The position numbers and the translations under genes are program-made. A stretch of 64,000 bases of DNA from an uncultured Actinomycetes bacterium. Its GTDB lineage: Bacteria; Actinomycetota; Thermoleophilia; RBG-16-64-13. The number at the start of each line of letters is the position of its first letter. The stretch's first letter is position 1. Positions 38,748 to 49,366 of this stretch are shown here, piece after piece. The stretch lies in the NCBI GenBank assembly GCA_963706025.1, contig CAVPLM010000005.1:928001-992000 (forward strand). The letters are read 5' to 3'. The notes beneath the pieces were generated by a model that worked only from the letters and a program-made list of their open reading frames with translations, was not told the DNA's origin and did no database searches.

Positions 38748-40166
38748 ATGATGAGAGTGACGCCACGTTCTTTCGGAGCCGTTGCCCTGGCGGCTGTGTT
38801 CTTGATTATGGGGGTGATGTTCATGGTCACGGCCTGCGGGGATGCCGGTCCTGACGAGAACGGCAGCACCACGTCCACGTCGTCGAACGACTCGACCCCG
38901 ACGACCACGCCTACCGGAGATACGGAGACAGATGGCGTGGTCCTGGCCATGTCCGACCTCTCCCGGATCGCCCCCGCGGCTTCCCAGGACGATATCCTTT
39001 CCGCCGCCGCCAGCATGCGGGAGTTCGGTATCGACATGTACGAGATCCTCGCTCAAGATTCGGGCGATGGGAATCTCGTGTTCTCCCCGGCCAGCATCGT
39101 CACGGCCCTAGCCATGACCTACGCGGGCGCGCAGGGAGTCACCGCCGAAGAGATGGCGGCCACGCTCCACTTCACTCTTGAAGGCGACGCCCTACACCAA
39201 GCGTTCAACTCCCTCGACTCCGCTCTGGAATCCAGGAGCTGGGAAGGCAAAGACCCGGACGGCAAGGACCAGGGGGTGTTGGTGAAGACGGCCAACAGCC
39301 TGTGGGGACAGCAAGATACCGTATTCGAACAGATCTTCCTCGACACGCTGGCCGCCAACTACGGGGCCGGCATGCGGCTGGTCGACTACAAGACGGCGGC
39401 CGAGGAAGCTCGCCAGGCCATCAACGACTGGGTGGCGGGCGAGACCGAAGACAAGATCACCGACCTCATCCCGGAGGGGACGCTCGACGAGCTCACCCGC
39501 CTGGTGTTGGTCAACGCCGTCTATCTGGACGCCACCTGGGCGACGCAGTTCGATCCCGAGCTCACCGAGGACGGACAGTTCACCACGCTGACCGGCGACC
39601 CGGTCACGGCCAGTATGATGTTCCAGTCCCTGTCGTTCCCGTATGCGAGCGGTGAGGGCTGGCAGGCGGTGGAGCTCCCCTACCTGCGCGATGACCCTTC
39701 CCGGGGCGAGCTGTCCATGCTCCTCATAGTGCCCGAAGCCGGACGCTTCGCCGAGGTCGAGAGCCGCCTCGGCGCCGGACTGATCGACGAGGCGGTCGGG
39801 CAACTGGCCACAGGCCCAGAGGTGATTCTGAGGATGCCCAAGTTCGAGTTTCGCACCCAGGCCGGCCTCAACGACGCTTTGACCGCGCTCGGCATGCCGA
39901 GCGCCTTCGACCCCAACACCGCCGATTTCTCCGGCATGACCACTCAGGAAGCACTGTACATCAGCGACGTCATCCACGAAGCCTACATAGCGGTAGATGA
40001 GGAAGGCACGGAAGCCGCTGCCGCCACCGCCGTCGTGATGCGGGCCACCGCGGCGCCCATGGAGATGGTGGAGCTGACCATCGACCGGCCCTTCATGTTC
40101 GCGCTGCGCGACCGGGAGACGGGCGCGATCTTGTTCCTGGGTCGGGTCACCGATCCGACGAGGTGA
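38748..40166 (+). CDS. Serpin, lipoprotein-anchored
   Basis: NLVFSP.SI..ALAM, INDWV, LVNAVY, MPKF, hinge EEGTEAAAAT, DRPFMF...ILFLGRV.DP; lipobox VTAC. Confidence 0.95.
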   Translation: MMRVTPRSFGAVALAAVFLIMGVMFMVTACGDAGPDENGSTTSTSSNDSTPTTTPTGDTETDGVVLAMSDLSRIAPAASQDDILSAAASMREFGIDMYEILAQDSGDGNLVFSPASIVTALAMTYAGAQGVTAEEMAATLHFTLEGDALHQAFNSLDSALESRSWEGKDPDGKDQGVLVKTANSLWGQQDTVFEQIFLDTLAANYGAGMRLVDYKTAAEEARQAINDWVAGETEDKITDLIPEGTLDELTRLVLVNAVYLDATWATQFDPELTEDGQFTTLTGDPVTASMMFQSLSFPYASGEGWQAVELPYLRDDPSRGELSMLLIVPEAGRFAEVESRLGAGLIDEAVGQLATGPEVILRMPKFEFRTQAGLNDALTALGMPSAFDPNTADFSGMTTQEALYISDVIHEAYIAVDEEGTEAAAATAVVMRATAAPMEMVELTIDRPFMFALRDRETGAILFLGRVTDPTR

Positions 40167-40200
40167 CCGTCCGGTCATCCCCGGTCTCAGACGCAAGAAA

Positions 40201-40232
40201 CCCTGGATGGGGCCCGGAGGCCCCGCCCAGGG
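40201..40232. terminator. Hairpin between convergent serpin and CocE genes
   Basis: CCCTGG..GGGGCC-CGGA-GGCCCC..CCAGGG. Confidence 0.6.
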
Positions 40233-40299
40233 CACATTGCTGAAGGAGCGGGTCGGGCCAGGCTCCCTCAGCCGGCCCGCAAGCCTCTACCCCGCGGCT

Positions 40300-42064
40300 C
40301 TACGCCGGCGGGATCACCGGCAGTAGCAGGTGCGACGGGTATTCGGCGTTGTGGTAAACGCTGTGGGTGACGGTCTTGCTGCTGCAGACGTGGTTGCCGA
40401 TGTACTCGATGTTGCTCAGCCCGGCAGTGCCTGTGGGGACGTCCAGGCTCATGATGTCCACGCAGATGCGGTGACCACGCAGGAACAGGTTGGATGTAGA
40501 CAGAAGCTCGATCTGATACTCGTTGATCTCCCCCGGGACCACGGGCTGCTGCGCCTCCCGGGTCAGCTTGTGGAAGGGAGCCCAGGGCTTGGTCCGCTTG
40601 GGATCGAGCGCCCGCAGAGAGGCCTTCAGCCAGCCCCGGGTCAGTTCCCGCTCGGGTAGATCGTCGGGCACGAAGCGCTCCCCTTCGCGCTGGGTACGCA
40701 CCGAGACGTCCGGGCCCACATCCGACAGGGCAATGATCCAGTTGGTGTCGTCCTGGTCGAGCGCCGCGTGAATGGTTAGCGAGCACGGGCCGACCACCAG
40801 CAGGTCGTCCGGCAGGGGCTCGGTCATGTAGCGGAGCCGCTCCACCTTCATGGTCTTCTTGAGCGGCATCTGGGTGAAGACGTCCGGGTCCGGGTTGTAG
40901 CTCTGAGTCTTGTCCGGAGGCAGGGCTGCCTCAGTGGTAAGCCGCTCCCAGCTGTCCAGGTAGAACTTGGTCCACTGGGTCTCGGGCACCGGCCAATCGC
41001 TGAAGGTGCGCCACTTGTTCTCGCCCATGACCCAGGTCTTGACCGGCGGATCGTTCGGCACTCCGTTGTCGATGCCTTTGAGCCAGTAGTCGTACCAGCG
41101 GATGATGTCGTCGTGCAGGGTATGGAAAGGCCGCTCGGCGTGTGCGGGCCCGGTGAACAGCAGCCGCTTCTTGGGCGCGTTCTTGGCGTTCATGAACCAG
41201 TGCTGGGCGCCCTGCCAGTGCATCTTGTAGGTGTAGGCGTAGGCGCCTGAGCCGCACACGAAGGGGATCTTCACTTTCTCAAAGTCTTGCTCGCTCTTTT
41301 CCAGAAGCTCCGGGTAGTCGTAGGGATCGACAAGGGTCCAGAAGGTCATGCCGCTGCGCTGGCCCTTCTGGGTGAGGATGTTGTACAGATGGGCGTACAT
41401 CATGTAGTCGGGGTTGTTCATTGCCCATTCCCACTTCTTCTCCGCTTCGGGAGGAAGGGGGCCCGGCTGCTCCGCAAGGCTCATGCACGCAACTGAACAT
41501 GCCCAGCAGGTAAGGCATCATCTGGAAGACGCCGCCGGGATGGAACTCGCGCGCGCTCCACATGCCGCTGTAGGCGCCCATGGAGTCATACGGGAAGATG
41601 GCCTTGAGGGCCGGGTGTCCCTGCACCGCGGCCCGGAACTGCTCGCCGCCGTAGGCTGAGATGCCGATCATGCCCACGTTCCCGTCGCACCAGGGCTGGG
41701 AGGCGATCCACTCGATCATGTCGTAGTGGTCCCAGACGTCCTCGCCGTAGTTGCCCTCGGACTTGCCCACCCCGCGGAGCTCGGTGATCACGTGGGCGTA
41801 CCCGTTGGCGACCAGGCGTTTGGTGTCGCCCCCTTCGATGACCCCGTACCAGAGGCTGGCATATGCCGGCTGAGGCGGCAGGGCCTCCGCGATCTCGGGC
41901 CGCTGCAGGTCCTTGTTGTGCACGGCGCACGTGTAGAGGACCGGGTACTTGCCCGGGGCCTTGGGCCGGTACACATCCACCGCCAGGTGGACCCCGTCGC
42001 GCATCTTCACCATCACGTCGCGCTCTTGGATGATGTTGTCGTAGACCGGTTCGTTCACAGCCAT
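40300..42064 (-). CDS. CocE/NonD family hydrolase; frameshift near 41477
   Basis: MRDGVHLAVDVYRP, RG.GKSEG, WCDGNVGM.GIS, LTRGWLKAS, YPSHLLLPVIP. Confidence 0.9.
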
Positions 42065-42322
42065 GTCGTCTCTCCTCGCTAGAATCCCGCAGTTCTGCTC
42101 ACAGCTTAATGACGATCCGGCCGCCTGGCAAACCGTTTCGGAACTCGCCGCGCGAGCGACGCCACCGGTGGGGCGACGCCGGTGGCGACGACGCCGATAG
42201 GACGACGCCGCTGGGCGACACCGGCGGGGCCGGTGAGAACGGCCTGCGATGGACGGACGGGTGGGTTTCGGAGTACTGTTCACGCGGCAACCAGAGGACC
42301 CAAGGGGTCCAGAGGTGGAAGA

Positions 42323-42409
42323 ATGAACCTCGAAACGGAGACGCCGGAGGAGATCGCCATCAGCATCGCCGCCGAGCTCGTCCGGGTGAGGGCGGGCAAG
42401 AGCAGATGA
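42323..42409 (+). pseudogene. XdhC C-terminal tail (28 aa), coupled to the next gene by ATGA
   Basis: MNLETETPEEIAISIAAELVRVRAGKSR matches the XdhC terminal motif aetPeEIAvSI.AE; GAGGTGG upstream. Confidence 0.7.
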
Positions 42410-43086
42410 GCCCGGCCGGCGGGATAGCCGTCATCGTGCTCGCGGCGGGCAAGTCCTCGCGCATGGGCACGAGCAAGCTCCTGCTACCTCTCGGCGCCGT
42501 GCGCGCGATCGAACGGCTGATCGGTTCTGTCTCCCGGGCAAACGTCGACGATATCGTCGTCGTGACCGGACACGATGCAGACAGGATCACGCCCGTCCTG
42601 GACAAGCTCGCAGTGCGTCGAGTCCATAACGCCCGGTACGAGTCGGGGATGTTCTCCTCCGTTCGCACCGGAGTGAAGGCCTTGGCCGACGGCGTGGAAG
42701 CGTTCCTGGTCCTGCCGGCGGACTTAGCCTTGGTCAGGACGGAGGTCCTGGACCGGCTGATCGACGGCTTCCGCGAAAGCGGGCGCGAGATACTGCACCC
42801 GTCTTGCTGCGGGCTTCGGGGCCATCCCCCGCTTGTTGCCGGCCGCTACATAGATCCCCTGCTGCAGGCGGATGGCTGGTGCAGCCTGCAGGACTTCTTT
42901 CGCGTGTACCCTGAAGCTGAAGTCGAGATAGAGGTGGATGATCTCAGCATCCTCATGGACATGGACGACGAGGAGGACTACCGTAGGATGAGCCGGTTCG
43001 CAGGGTTCCTCGACGCGACGGCCAACACCGCGGCCGAAGCTGGAACTGGCTCTCCGGACGCAGGGAGATGGTGCGGTGTCGCCTGA
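42406..43086 (+). CDS. MocA-like nucleotidyltransferase domain (probably the N-terminal part of a fusion)
   Basis: VLAAGKSSRMG..KLLL, GMFSSV, LPAD, GHPP, DMD..EDY. Confidence 0.88.
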   Translation: MSPAGGIAVIVLAAGKSSRMGTSKLLLPLGAVRAIERLIGSVSRANVDDIVVVTGHDADRITPVLDKLAVRRVHNARYESGMFSSVRTGVKALADGVEAFLVLPADLALVRTEVLDRLIDGFRESGREILHPSCCGLRGHPPLVAGRYIDPLLQADGWCSLQDFFRVYPEAEVEIEVDDLSILMDMDDEEDYRRMSRFAGFLDATANTAAEAGTGSPDAGRWCGVA

Positions 43087-43609
43087 AGACGCCCTCTACC
43101 TCCTATCGGTGCTCGAAGTCCCCGACCTGGTCGTACGGCATTGTCAGACGGTTGCGACCGCGGGTGAAGCGCTGGCGGAGGCGATCAAGCCGCATGTTCC
43201 GAGCCTCGACGTCGGCCTGGTCCGCGCGGCCGGCCTGCTCCACGACATGGCCAGACCCAAGCCTAGGCACGCGCTCGTCGCTCAGAACATGCTTGCCAAC
43301 CTCGGCTTGAGCCGGCTGGGCGCGATAGTGGGTGCGCACATGGTCCTGCCGGCCGAGCAGTTGGACACTCCCCTGGTGACCGAAGAGCAACTGGTCTACT
43401 TGGCCGACAAGCTGGTGATAGAGGACAGGATCGCCGGACTCGAGCAAAGAGCGGCCCGCGCTCTATCCAGACGAGGCCAGGACCCCACCGCGGTGGAGGG
43501 AGTCAGAAGGAAGATGCGGGCTGCTCAGATCATCCAGGAGAGGGTGGAGACCATCCTCCAACGTCCGCTGGACGAGGTGCTGCTACGAGAGATACGGCCG
43601 TCTATCTGA
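43076..43609 (+). CDS. HD-domain protein (probably frameshifted from the upstream NTP transferase)
   Basis: VRHC..VA, AGLLHD.AR...HA, H, VYLADK. Confidence 0.82.
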   Translation: MSPEDALYLLSVLEVPDLVVRHCQTVATAGEALAEAIKPHVPSLDVGLVRAAGLLHDMARPKPRHALVAQNMLANLGLSRLGAIVGAHMVLPAEQLDTPLVTEEQLVYLADKLVIEDRIAGLEQRAARALSRRGQDPTAVEGVRRKMRAAQIIQERVETILQRPLDEVLLREIRPSI

Positions 43610-44205
43610 TCCGACATACCGAGTTCGTCGTGTTCGATGACCAACAGCGTTTCAGCGGCCAAGCGGACCCGCCGCTCAGCTCCTCCGGCATCGAGCACGC
43701 GCACCGCCTGGCGGACCGTCTAGGGCAGGTCCACTTCGACTCCGTGCACAGCAGCGACCTGCAGAGATGCCTGTTGACGGCCGAGGTCATCGCGAGAGCG
43801 AGCGGTGTGCCGGTCCGGCCGGATATCCGGCTCCGGGAGATCGATACCGGCCTCTGGGAAGGGCTTACTTTCGAGGAGGCAAGGACGCAGTATCCGTTCG
43901 AGTACGCCGAGCGCGAGCGCGACCTCGTAGGCTATCGCTTTCCGGGCGGAGAGAGCTTCCGCGACCTGCACGAGAGGGTCGTTCCGGCCTTCGCTCAGAT
44001 CGTCGATGAAGGTGGAGAGAGCATCCTCGTCGTGGGGCACCGGGGAGTCAACCGAGTGTTGCTATGCGACTTCCTTGGTCTGCCGCTGGAGAGTCTTTTC
44101 TCGATCGAGCAGGACTACGGCTGTGTCAACCTCGTCAGGGCTTCGCGGCTACCGAATGGCGCCCGCCGCTTCGAGGTGACCGCGCTGCCTACCCTGGAGT
44201 CCTGA
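43597..44205 (+). CDS. Histidine phosphatase (CobC/GpmB-like); no own start, probably frameshift-fused to the HD domain
   Basis: AVYLIRHT upstream of the 43630 ORF; SSDL.R...TA, LREI..G.WEG, PGGES, VVGH. Confidence 0.85.
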   Translation, partial: AVYLIRHTEFVVFDDQQRFSGQADPPLSSSGIEHAHRLADRLGQVHFDSVHSSDLQRCLLTAEVIARASGVPVRPDIRLREIDTGLWEGLTFEEARTQYPFEYAERERDLVGYRFPGGESFRDLHERVVPAFAQIVDEGGESILVVGHRGVNRVLLCDFLGLPLESLFSIEQDYGCVNLVRASRLPNGARRFEVTALPTLES

Positions 44206-44210
44206 AACGC

Positions 44211-44975
44211 CTAGCGGACGATCACGGCGAGACGCTCGCCGGTGGCGGCCTGCTTGCAGGCCTCGCAGAGGTCGTAGTAGTCCTCCGGCAGGTCGCCCCG
44301 AGCCGCGACCGCGGCCCGGTGGGCCTCGGTCATGAACGGAGTGTGGCAACTCCGGCAGGCGGAGAGCTCGAAGGTACGACCCCAGATGGTGCGCGTGGTC
44401 GCGGTGTCCTCCATGGGGATGCAGTGCGTCGGGCACGCCAAGTGGCAGGCGCCGCAGCCCACGCAGGCGTCGGCGGCGGCCTGGTCGAACGGCGGGCCCA
44501 CGCTCTTGTGATCGCCGCGGCCCAGCGTGGACAGCGCGTGGTAACCAAGGGCAGCGCACACCCGCACACAGAGCTCACACAGGATGCAGCCCGGAAGCGG
44601 TGCGTCCGCGACCGGGGGGAACAACGAATGGGTCACGCCCAGCCGGGCGGCCAGCTCCTGGAGCACCGGCGCGGCCGGGGCGTAGGGCATTAGGAGCTGC
44701 AGGTTCATGGCCCGGTGCTTGCGGATGCGCGGTGAGTCCGTCACCACTTCGAGGCCCGCCGATACCGGGTAGTCGCAGGATGTGGTCAGCGCCGCCTCGG
44801 TGCGGCCGGGACGGCGCACCTCCACCAGGCAGAGACGGCAGGCGGCGATGGCGGGCACGGCTTCGTGGTGACACAGCGCCGGAATGTCGTAGCCGGCGCG
44901 CCGGGCCACGTCGAGGAGGCTCGCGCCCGCCGGCGCCGTCACCTCGACATCGTCGATCCTCAGCCTGACGTCCAT
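44211..44975 (-). CDS. NuoG/HydA N-terminal-type Fe-S subunit without catalytic domain
   Basis: IPALC...ACRLCLVE...SC (2Fe-2S), CILCELCVRVC, CVGCGACHLACP, C-terminal CxxC...CxxC. Confidence 0.88.
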   Translation of the reverse strand: MDVRLRIDDVEVTAPAGASLLDVARRAGYDIPALCHHEAVPAIAACRLCLVEVRRPGRTEAALTTSCDYPVSAGLEVVTDSPRIRKHRAMNLQLLMPYAPAAPVLQELAARLGVTHSLFPPVADAPLPGCILCELCVRVCAALGYHALSTLGRGDHKSVGPPFDQAAADACVGCGACHLACPTHCIPMEDTATTRTIWGRTFELSACRSCHTPFMTEAHRAAVAARGDLPEDYYDLCEACKQAATGERLAVIVR

Positions 44976-44985
44976 CTATGACCTC

Positions 44986-46839
44986 CTACCGGACGAGGAC
45001 GGCGTCGTACCGGCACACGTCCCTGCAGATGCCGCACTTGATGCACAGCTCCTGCTCGATGGTATGGGGTTGCTTCTTCTCACCGGCCACAGCCTGCTGC
45101 GGGCAGCGCCGGGCGCAGAGCATGCAGCCGGTGCAGTTCACAGGGTCGATGGTGAAGGTGATGAGCGCCTTGCACACCCGGGCCGGGCAGCACTTCTCAT
45201 CGACGTGGGCAAGGTACTCGTCGCGGAAGTAGCGCAGCGTCGAGAGCACCGGGTTGACCGCGGTCGTCCCCAGGGCGCACAGAGAGCTGGCTTGGACGGT
45301 CTCGGCCAACTCCTCCACGAGGGCGATGGTGTCACGAGTACCGCGGCCTTCCGTGATGTCTCCGAGCAACTGGTGCAGGCGCAGGAGCCCCTCGCGGCAC
45401 GACGTGCAGTTGCCGCAGGATTCGGAGGCGAGGAATTTCAGGAAGTATTTCGCCACGTCCACCATGCAGGTGTCTTCGTCCATGACGATCATGCCCCCGG
45501 ACCCCATCATCGCGCCCTCGGAGACCAGGGTGTCGAAGTCCACGGGCAGGTCCAGCTTGTCCGCCGGCAGGCAGCCCCCTGACGGGCCGCCGGTCTGGAC
45601 GGCCTTGAAGGCCTTGCCGCCGGGGATGCCGCCGCCGATGTCGAAGATGATCCGGCGCAGGCTTATGCCCATCGGCACCTCGACCAGGCCGGTGTTGTTC
45701 ACCTTGCCCACGAGGGAGAAGATCTTCGTTCCCTTGGAGCCCTCGGTACCGATGGAACGGAACCACTCGGCGCCTCTCAGCACGATGTGAGGCACGTTGG
45801 CCCAGGTCTCGACGTTGTTGACGTTGGTGGGCTTACCCCAGAGGCCTTTCTCGGACAGGTGGATAAGCCGGCGGTGCGGCACGCCGCGGCGCCCCTCGAG
45901 CGACGCCATCATGGCGCTCGCCTCGCCGCACACGAATGCACCGCCGCCGCGGCTGATCTGGATGTCGAACGCCAGGTCGCTGCCCAGGATCGCCTCGCCC
46001 AGCAGGCCGAGCTCACGCGACTGCTCGATCGCAGTGATCAGGCGTTGCACGGCCAGCGGGTACTCCTGACGCACGTAGATGTACCCCTCGCGGGCGCCCA
46101 TGGCCAGGGCGCCGATGGTCATGCCCTCAAGGACGCTGTGCGGGTTCCCCTCGAGCACCGAGCGGTCCATGAAGGCGCCGGGATCGCCCTCGTCCGCGTT
46201 GCAGACCACGTAGCGCAGATCGCCGGGGGACTTGCTGCACGCCTCCCACTTCCGGCCCGCCGGGAACCCGGCGCCGCCCCGGCCGCGCAGGTCGGCGCGC
46301 TTGACCTCCTCGAGGATCGCTTCCGGTCCCATCTCCAGGGCCCGCACCAGCGCCGAGTAACCTCCGAGCGCGATGTAGTCGTCTATGGACGTCGGGTCGA
46401 GGTGACCGTTGTCGCGCAGCACCAGCCGCTGCTGGTTGCGGTAGAAGGGGATGTCCTCCTCCTTGCGGTGCTGCACGCCGGTCGTGGGATCCACGTAGAA
46501 CAGCCGCTCCACCATTTCGCCGCCGAGCACCGTCTTCTCGACGATCTCGGCGACGTCCTCAGCGCGCACGTGCTGGTAGAGGACGCCCTCCGGGAAGAGA
46601 AGCACGAGCGGCCCGCGCTCGCAGAACCCATGGCACCCGGTCGCGCGCAGCTCGACCTTGCGGTCGGCGCCGCGCGCCCCCAACTCGGCGCGCAAGGCCT
46701 CGAACACCTCCATGGCTCCCTGCGCCCGGCAGCCGGTGCCGCCGCACACGGCGATGACCGCCCTGCCCGGGTCCCGGGCCGCGACCAGGACGGCGCGATG
46801 GCGCTCAAGAGCATCCGGGTCGGCCAGTCTGACGGTCAT
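44986..46839 (-). CDS. nuoF: NuoF/HydB-type FMN/NADH-binding subunit (bifurcating-type architecture)
   Basis: CGGTGC...[47 protein letters not shown], two C-terminal 4Fe-4S motifs. Confidence 0.93.
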   Translation of the reverse strand: MTVRLADPDALERHRAVLVAARDPGRAVIAVCGGTGCRAQGAMEVFEALRAELGARGADRKVELRATGCHGFCERGPLVLLFPEGVLYQHVRAEDVAEIVEKTVLGGEMVERLFYVDPTTGVQHRKEEDIPFYRNQQRLVLRDNGHLDPTSIDDYIALGGYSALVRALEMGPEAILEEVKRADLRGRGGAGFPAGRKWEACSKSPGDLRYVVCNADEGDPGAFMDRSVLEGNPHSVLEGMTIGALAMGAREGYIYVRQEYPLAVQRLITAIEQSRELGLLGEAILGSDLAFDIQISRGGGAFVCGEASAMMASLEGRRGVPHRRLIHLSEKGLWGKPTNVNNVETWANVPHIVLRGAEWFRSIGTEGSKGTKIFSLVGKVNNTGLVEVPMGISLRRIIFDIGGGIPGGKAFKAVQTGGPSGGCLPADKLDLPVDFDTLVSEGAMMGSGGMIVMDEDTCMVDVAKYFLKFLASESCGNCTSCREGLLRLHQLLGDITEGRGTRDTIALVEELAETVQASSLCALGTTAVNPVLSTLRYFRDEYLAHVDEKCCPARVCKALITFTIDPVNCTGCMLCARRCPQQAVAGEKKQPHTIEQELCIKCGICRDVCRYDAVLVR

Positions 46840-46852
46840 GTCGGCTTCCGCT

Positions 46853-47344
46853 TCACGCGTGCTCCTCATGCTTCAGGAGCTTCTTGACCAGCCGAGAGAG
46901 GTGGTCCGCAGTCATGTGTCCGTGATAGGCGCCGTCGATGAGGACCAGGGGGCCGAGGGCGCACGCGCCCACGCAGTTGACCTCCTCGACGGTCAGCGAC
47001 AGATCGGCCGTGGTGCCGCCCGCGGCAACGCCCGTGTCCCGCTCGAGCTGCTCGAGCAGCCGGCGGGCGCCGCGCACGTGGCAGGCGGTGCCCATGCACA
47101 CCGTGCACGTGTGCTCGCCGCGCGGCGAGGTGTGGAAGCCCTCGTAGAAGGTCGCCACCCCGAACACCTGGGCCGGCGGCAGGCCGAGGTGGGCCGCGGC
47201 CTGCCGCAGCGCCTCCTCGGGTAGATAGCGTAACTCGCCCTGTAGATCGTGAAGAACGTTGACGAGGCTGCCCGGGTCGCCCTGTGGATAGCGGGCCAGC
47301 ACCGCTTCAACGCGGCGTGGGTCGATGGTGGGTGCGACGCTCAT
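46853..47344 (-). CDS. nuoE: NuoE/HydC-type 2Fe-2S subunit
   Basis: VATFY..F...PRG.H...[20 protein letters not shown]. Confidence 0.93.
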   Translation of the reverse strand: MSVAPTIDPRRVEAVLARYPQGDPGSLVNVLHDLQGELRYLPEEALRQAAAHLGLPPAQVFGVATFYEGFHTSPRGEHTCTVCMGTACHVRGARRLLEQLERDTGVAAGGTTADLSLTVEEVNCVGACALGPLVLIDGAYHGHMTADHLSRLVKKLLKHEEHA

Positions 47345-47488
47345 GGGCCGGCCCTTGCTGCGGCGGGCCGATCGCGGCCCCGGGCATGAGTGGCGCTCAC
47401 GCCACTGCCGGCAGCGTCCACCGCGCGGAGCCCGGTGGCGCCGTTGCCCGGTATGACCAGCTTCTGGCCCACCATTCTGACTATGTGC

Positions 47489-49366
47489 TTAGGCTTGCTT
47501 GAGGCTGGCCGGCAATCTGTCGGCCAAACCTAGCTCCTGAGCTCTTTCCGGGGTAAGGTTACCCTTCTTGTCCCAACCTCTCAGCTTGTAGTACTCGGGC
47601 AACATCTCGCTCAGTTTGACCACGTGGCCCTTGGCCGGGCCGTCGGGCATGGGCTCTTCCAGCATGCGCTTGGGCAGGGTGTCGTCGGCGCCGGTGAGGC
47701 CGGCCCGGCGGTTGAAGAGCGTCTCCAGGTTGAAGATGCGCTCGCCCGTGCGCATGAAGCCCTCGTATCCACCCATGTCGATCCCGGTAGCCGCCTCGAT
47801 GAGCTCCCGAGTCTGGTCTTCGTCCACATGGAGGAAGAACGCGAAGTTGCACATCCCGCAGGCGTCGATCATGCAGAACCAGTCCTGGACCTCTTTGCCC
47901 AGAAGCGGCTTGTCGTCACAGCGCAGCGGGTCCACCTGCGTGATGCCCCGGTCACTGGTCAGCTTCCATACACATACGCCGTAGAGATCGAGGTCCTGAA
48001 CCTCACCACGAATGTGGCAGGCGCCGCGCGGCTGGGTGGCATATCCCAAGCCCATGCCTTGCAGGGCTCGTCCGTCGTAGCTGGCGAAATCCTGCTTCTT
48101 CACACCCATGAAGCATTCGGGGTGGCCGTATTTCTCGGCCAGACGGTAGGAGCCCTCGGCCAGCACGTCGCCGAAGCCCTCGCGATTGGCCATCATCTCG
48201 GTCAGCTTGACGATGGCCGTGGCATCTCCGAACCGGAGCGGGAAGCCGATGTCTTCCGCGGGGATGTAACCCCGCTCGGACATCTCCATAGCGCAGGCGA
48301 TGGTACCGCCGGCGGAGATGGTGTCCATACCCATCTCGTTGCAGATGAAGTTCGCCTTGGAGATGGCGTTGAAGTCGCTGACTCCGCAGTTGGAGCCGAA
48401 CATGCCGATGGTCTCGTATTCCGGTCCCCCGCCCACGCCGGCGAATTCAGGGTCGGTCACCCTGGTGACGCGGCCGCAGGCGACCGGGCAGGCCGGGCAG
48501 GCCGTCCCCATGAACTTCCTGACCGAGATGGTGCTGGCCAGAGCGTCGCCATCTATCTTCTGCCAATCCTCATAGACCCCCTCCTGGAAGTTGCGGGTCG
48601 GAAGCGCCCCGAACGACTGGACCAAGCCGAGCACACCCGGAGTGCCCACTCCGTGGAACCACGTGACCTCGTCGCTGTTCAAGGTGTCAAAGGCGCTTTC
48701 CGCCGCCTGGTAGAAGGCCTTGCGATCCGCGACCTTGACGCCCTTGCTACCCTTGACGGCAATGGCTTTCAAGTTTTTGGAGCCCATCACCGTGCCCACG
48801 CCGGACCGGCCGGCGGCCCGGTCGTCGTCGTTCATGACGCAGGCGAAGCGCACGAGCTTTTCTCCTGCCGGGCCGATGCTGGCCACCTTCGCCCGCGGTG
48901 ACGTGGCGGCCACGACCGCGTCTCGGGTCTGCTGGGAGTTGAGTCCCCACAGCGACTGAGCATCGCGGATCTCGACGCTGTCGTCATCTATCCACAGGTA
49001 GACGGGCTTCTTGGCCTTGCCTTCGACAATGATCATGTCGAAGCCGGCGTACTTGATTTGCATGGCGAACTCGCCCGCGGCGCTCGCGTTGGCGATGGCC
49101 CCCGTCAACGGCGACTTGGTCACCAACATGTAACGGTTGGCACACGGGGCCCCGGTGCCGGTGAGAGGCCCGGTGGCGAAGATGAGCTTGTTCTGCGGGC
49201 TGAGCGGGTCGACCGCGGGGTCGATCTCATCGTAGAGATACACCGTACCCAGGCCAATGCCACCGATGTAGTCTTTGGCCCTCTGCATGTCCAGGTCTTC
49301 GACTGAGACCTCGGACTTGGTGAGGTTGACGCGGAGGATCTTGCCTTGCCAGCCGTACATGGTCAT
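47489..49366 (-). CDS. aor: Tungsten aldehyde:ferredoxin oxidoreductase (AOR/WOR large subunit)
   Basis: KSPLTG, IGPAGE, RAAGR.G.G.VMGSKNLKAI, CPACPVAC, PEYET, DTIS, RGACH, YY.LRGWD. Confidence 0.95.
   Translation of the reverse strand: MTMYGWQGKILRVNLTKSEVSVEDLDMQRAKDYIGGIGLGTVYLYDEIDPAVDPLSPQNKLIFATGPLTGTGAPCANRYMLVTKSPLTGAIANASAAGEFAMQIKYAGFDMIIVEGKAKKPVYLWIDDDSVEIRDAQSLWGLNSQQTRDAVVAATSPRAKVASIGPAGEKLVRFACVMNDDDRAAGRSGVGTVMGSKNLKAIAVKGSKGVKVADRKAFYQAAESAFDTLNSDEVTWFHGVGTPGVLGLVQSFGALPTRNFQEGVYEDWQKIDGDALASTISVRKFMGTACPACPVACGRVTRVTDPEFAGVGGGPEYETIGMFGSNCGVSDFNAISKANFICNEMGMDTISAGGTIACAMEMSERGYIPAEDIGFPLRFGDATAIVKLTEMMANREGFGDVLAEGSYRLAEKYGHPECFMGVKKQDFASYDGRALQGMGLGYATQPRGACHIRGEVQDLDLYGVCVWKLTSDRGITQVDPLRCDDKPLLGKEVQDWFCMIDACGMCNFAFFLHVDEDQTRELIEAATGIDMGGYEGFMRTGERIFNLETLFNRRAGLTGADDTLPKRMLEEPMPDGPAKGHVVKLSEMLPEYYKLRGWDKKGNLTPERAQELGLADRLPASLKQA

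Noticed and set aside
42140-42240. GCGACGCC-rich repeats
   Set aside because: Irregular low-complexity sequence with no constant period or structure.
44986-47344. Respiratory complex I or [FeFe]-hydrogenase
   Set aside because: No other nuo genes and no H-cluster motifs in the third subunit.
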